Source: a virus
Lineage: Duplodnaviria; Heunggongvirae; Uroviricota; Caudoviricetes
Direction: 5' to 3' (one strand)
IMG/VR virus record: IMGVR_UViG_2645727843_000004
DNA length: 17,802 nucleotides
Shown here one piece after another: positions 16,321 through 17,802 of the stretch. Made by a program: the position numbers and the translations under genes. Position 1 is the stretch's first letter, and every line of letters begins with the position of its first letter. The notes beneath the pieces are model-generated. The model did no database searches and was not told the origin of the DNA. It was given only the letters and a program-made list of their open reading frames with translations.

Positions 16321-16509
16321 ATGGAAAAGTTATCATGTAATGCCAGCACGTCTGAACTTCGTTTCGAAATTGGCGTTATCACTGGAGACAAAACATTTAT
16401 TGAAGACGCCATTAAGCAGAGAAAACTCGAGCAGGACCTGTTAAATGAAGTATGCATTCCTTCAATGCTGGCTCGTCTGGACCTGCTGCAAAAAGGATAT
16501 AAACAATGA
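16321..16509 (+). CDS. dicB: Cell-division inhibitor DicB
   Basis: 62 aa MEKLSCNASTSELRFEIGVITGDKTFIEDAIKQRKLEQDLLNEVCIPSMLARLDLLQKGYKQ; aligns by eye with K-12 DicB (FEIGV, EDAI, SMLARL). SD GAGG upstream. Confidence 0.85.
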   Translation: MEKLSCNASTSELRFEIGVITGDKTFIEDAIKQRKLEQDLLNEVCIPSMLARLDLLQKGYKQ

Positions 16510-16697
16510 ATACAACATTTGCACTCGTTCTGACAGTTTATCTTGTTTCCGGCGAATCTCTTGAGCTGGTGACTGGCTTATACGGTTCAATGAAAGAATG
16601 CATGGCTGCAGCAGCAGAACAAAAAATTCCCGGTAACTGTTATCCGGTAGATAAAACTACTCACACTAATAATAACGAAATACCGGCAGGACTTTAA
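16506..16697 (+). CDS. ydfD: YdfD-like small protein with a hydrophobic N-terminus
   Basis: 63 aa MNTTFALVLTVYLVSGESLELV...EQKIPGNCYPVDK...EIPAGL; ATGA overlap with dicB. Confidence 0.75.
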   Translation: MNTTFALVLTVYLVSGESLELVTGLYGSMKECMAAAAEQKIPGNCYPVDKTTHTNNNEIPAGL

Positions 16698-16790
16698 AAC
16701 AGCACCGTAATTAATATCCGGTTTCATTTTTATATGCCAGCAATGGCAGGGATTTGTTCACCCTTAAATCTGTAATGAGGTTAAAACAAA

Positions 16791-17802
16791 ATGAGTAAAG
16801 TCTTTATTTGCGCCGCCATTCCGGACGAACAGGCAATAAAAGAAGAGGGCGCAGTTGCTGTAGCCACTGCCATTGAAGCCGGTGATGAACGCCGCGCCCG
16901 TGCCAAATTTACCTGGCAATTCCTGGAGCAATATCCTGCTGCTCAGGACTGCGCTTATAAATTTCTTGTCTGCGAAGATAAACCCGGCATGCCCCGCCCT
17001 GCTATCGACTCCTGGGATACCGAATATATGCAGGAAAACCGCTGGGATGAGGAATCCGCTTCCTTTATTCCGGTCGAACCAGAATCCGATCCTATTAACG
17101 TCAATTTTGACAAGCTGTCCCTTGAAGTACAGAACGCGGTCCTGGTTAAGTTCGGTACATGTGAAAACATCACCGTTGATATGGCGATTGACGCGCAGGA
17201 ATTACTGCAAGAAGACGTGGCTACCTTTGACGGGCATATCGTTGAAGCACTGATGAAAACGCCTGAAATTAAAGCTATGTATCCGGAACGCAAACTGTTC
17301 GCTATCGGATGGGTTAAACACAAATGTAAGCCGGGTACCAAATGGCCCGAAATTCAGGCAGAGATGCGCATCTGGAAAAAACGTCGCGAAGGTGAACGCA
17401 AGGAAGCCGGAAAATACACGTCTGTTGTTGATCTCGCCCGCGCCAGAACCAATCAACAGCACAGTGAAAATTCAACAGGAAAAATCAGCCCGGTCATTGC
17501 TGCCATTCATCGCGAATACAAGCAGACATGGAAAACACTGGATGACGAACTGGCCTACGCTCTCTGGCCTGGTGATGCGGATGCCGGAAACATTGACGGC
17601 AGCATCCTTCGCTGGGCTAAAAATGAAGTTATCGCCAGAGATCGCGAAGACTGGAAGCGCATCTCCGCATCAATGCGCAAACAACCTGATGCGCTTCGCT
17701 ACAGCCGCCAGACTATTTTTGGCCTTGTCCGTGAACGTCCGATCGACATTCACAAAGACCCTGTGGCACTGAACAAATACATTACTGAATACCTGACTAC
17801 AA
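16791..17802 (+). CDS. Large early-left operon protein, 5' portion only (open to the window end); ydfE/recE-position gene
   Basis: Continuous reading frame of 337 codons from the ATG at 16791 with no stop before 17802 and E. coli-like codon usage. Absent from the ORF track because it has no stop. Function not assigned. Confidence 0.7.
   Translation, partial: MSKVFICAAIPDEQAIKEEGAVAVATAIEAGDERRARAKFTWQFLEQYPAAQDCAYKFLVCEDKPGMPRPAIDSWDTEYMQENRWDEESASFIPVEPESDPINVNFDKLSLEVQNAVLVKFGTCENITVDMAIDAQELLQEDVATFDGHIVEALMKTPEIKAMYPERKLFAIGWVKHKCKPGTKWPEIQAEMRIWKKRREGERKEAGKYTSVVDLARARTNQQHSENSTGKISPVIAAIHREYKQTWKTLDDELAYALWPGDADAGNIDGSILRWAKNEVIARDREDWKRISASMRKQPDALRYSRQTIFGLVRERPIDIHKDPVALNKYITEYLTT

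Noticed and set aside
16004-16457. Minus-strand ORFs 16004-16210 and 16149-16457
   Set aside because: Overlap the DicF sRNA and dicB on the opposite strand.
16873-17772. ORFs 16873-17253, 16955-17341, 17202-17462 and 17392-17772
   Set aside because: Alternative frames or antisense within the long open frame starting at 16791, which has better codon usage and operon context.

Overview
This window reads as the early region of a Qin/Rac-type lambdoid prophage, probably in E. coli or Shigella given an intact IS5. All calls are by eye from translation and motif inspection; no database search or tRNA/terminator software was run. Minus strand, read right to left: Cro-like (13359) -> YdaT/CII-like -> unknown gene -> replication initiator with internal iterons -> DnaC-like loader -> nin-type genes (DUF4406, Zn-ribbon, small membrane protein, HNH gene split by IS5) -> RusA -> Q-like -> terminator hairpin -> small wHTH gene -> AraC-family regulator -> three tRNAs -> NanS-p-like esterase (runs off the left edge). 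Plus strand: a ParD/ParE module sits in opposite orientation inside the nin region; a RacR/DicA-like repressor is co-transcribed with a second RelE/ParE-type toxin-antitoxin pair; then a dicB-type operon (YdfA-like, unknown 216-aa protein, DicF sRNA, DicB, YdfD) and a large CDS that runs off the right edge. Two sets of the 15-bp palindrome AATAGC-N3-GCTATT bracket the repressor-TA operon and overlap divergent promoters. No CRISPR array, rRNA, integrase or att site is visible. The most unusual content is accessory cargo at three slots: the repressor-linked TA, the variable genes inside the dicBF operon, and the AraC/wHTH pair at the Q-tRNA junction.
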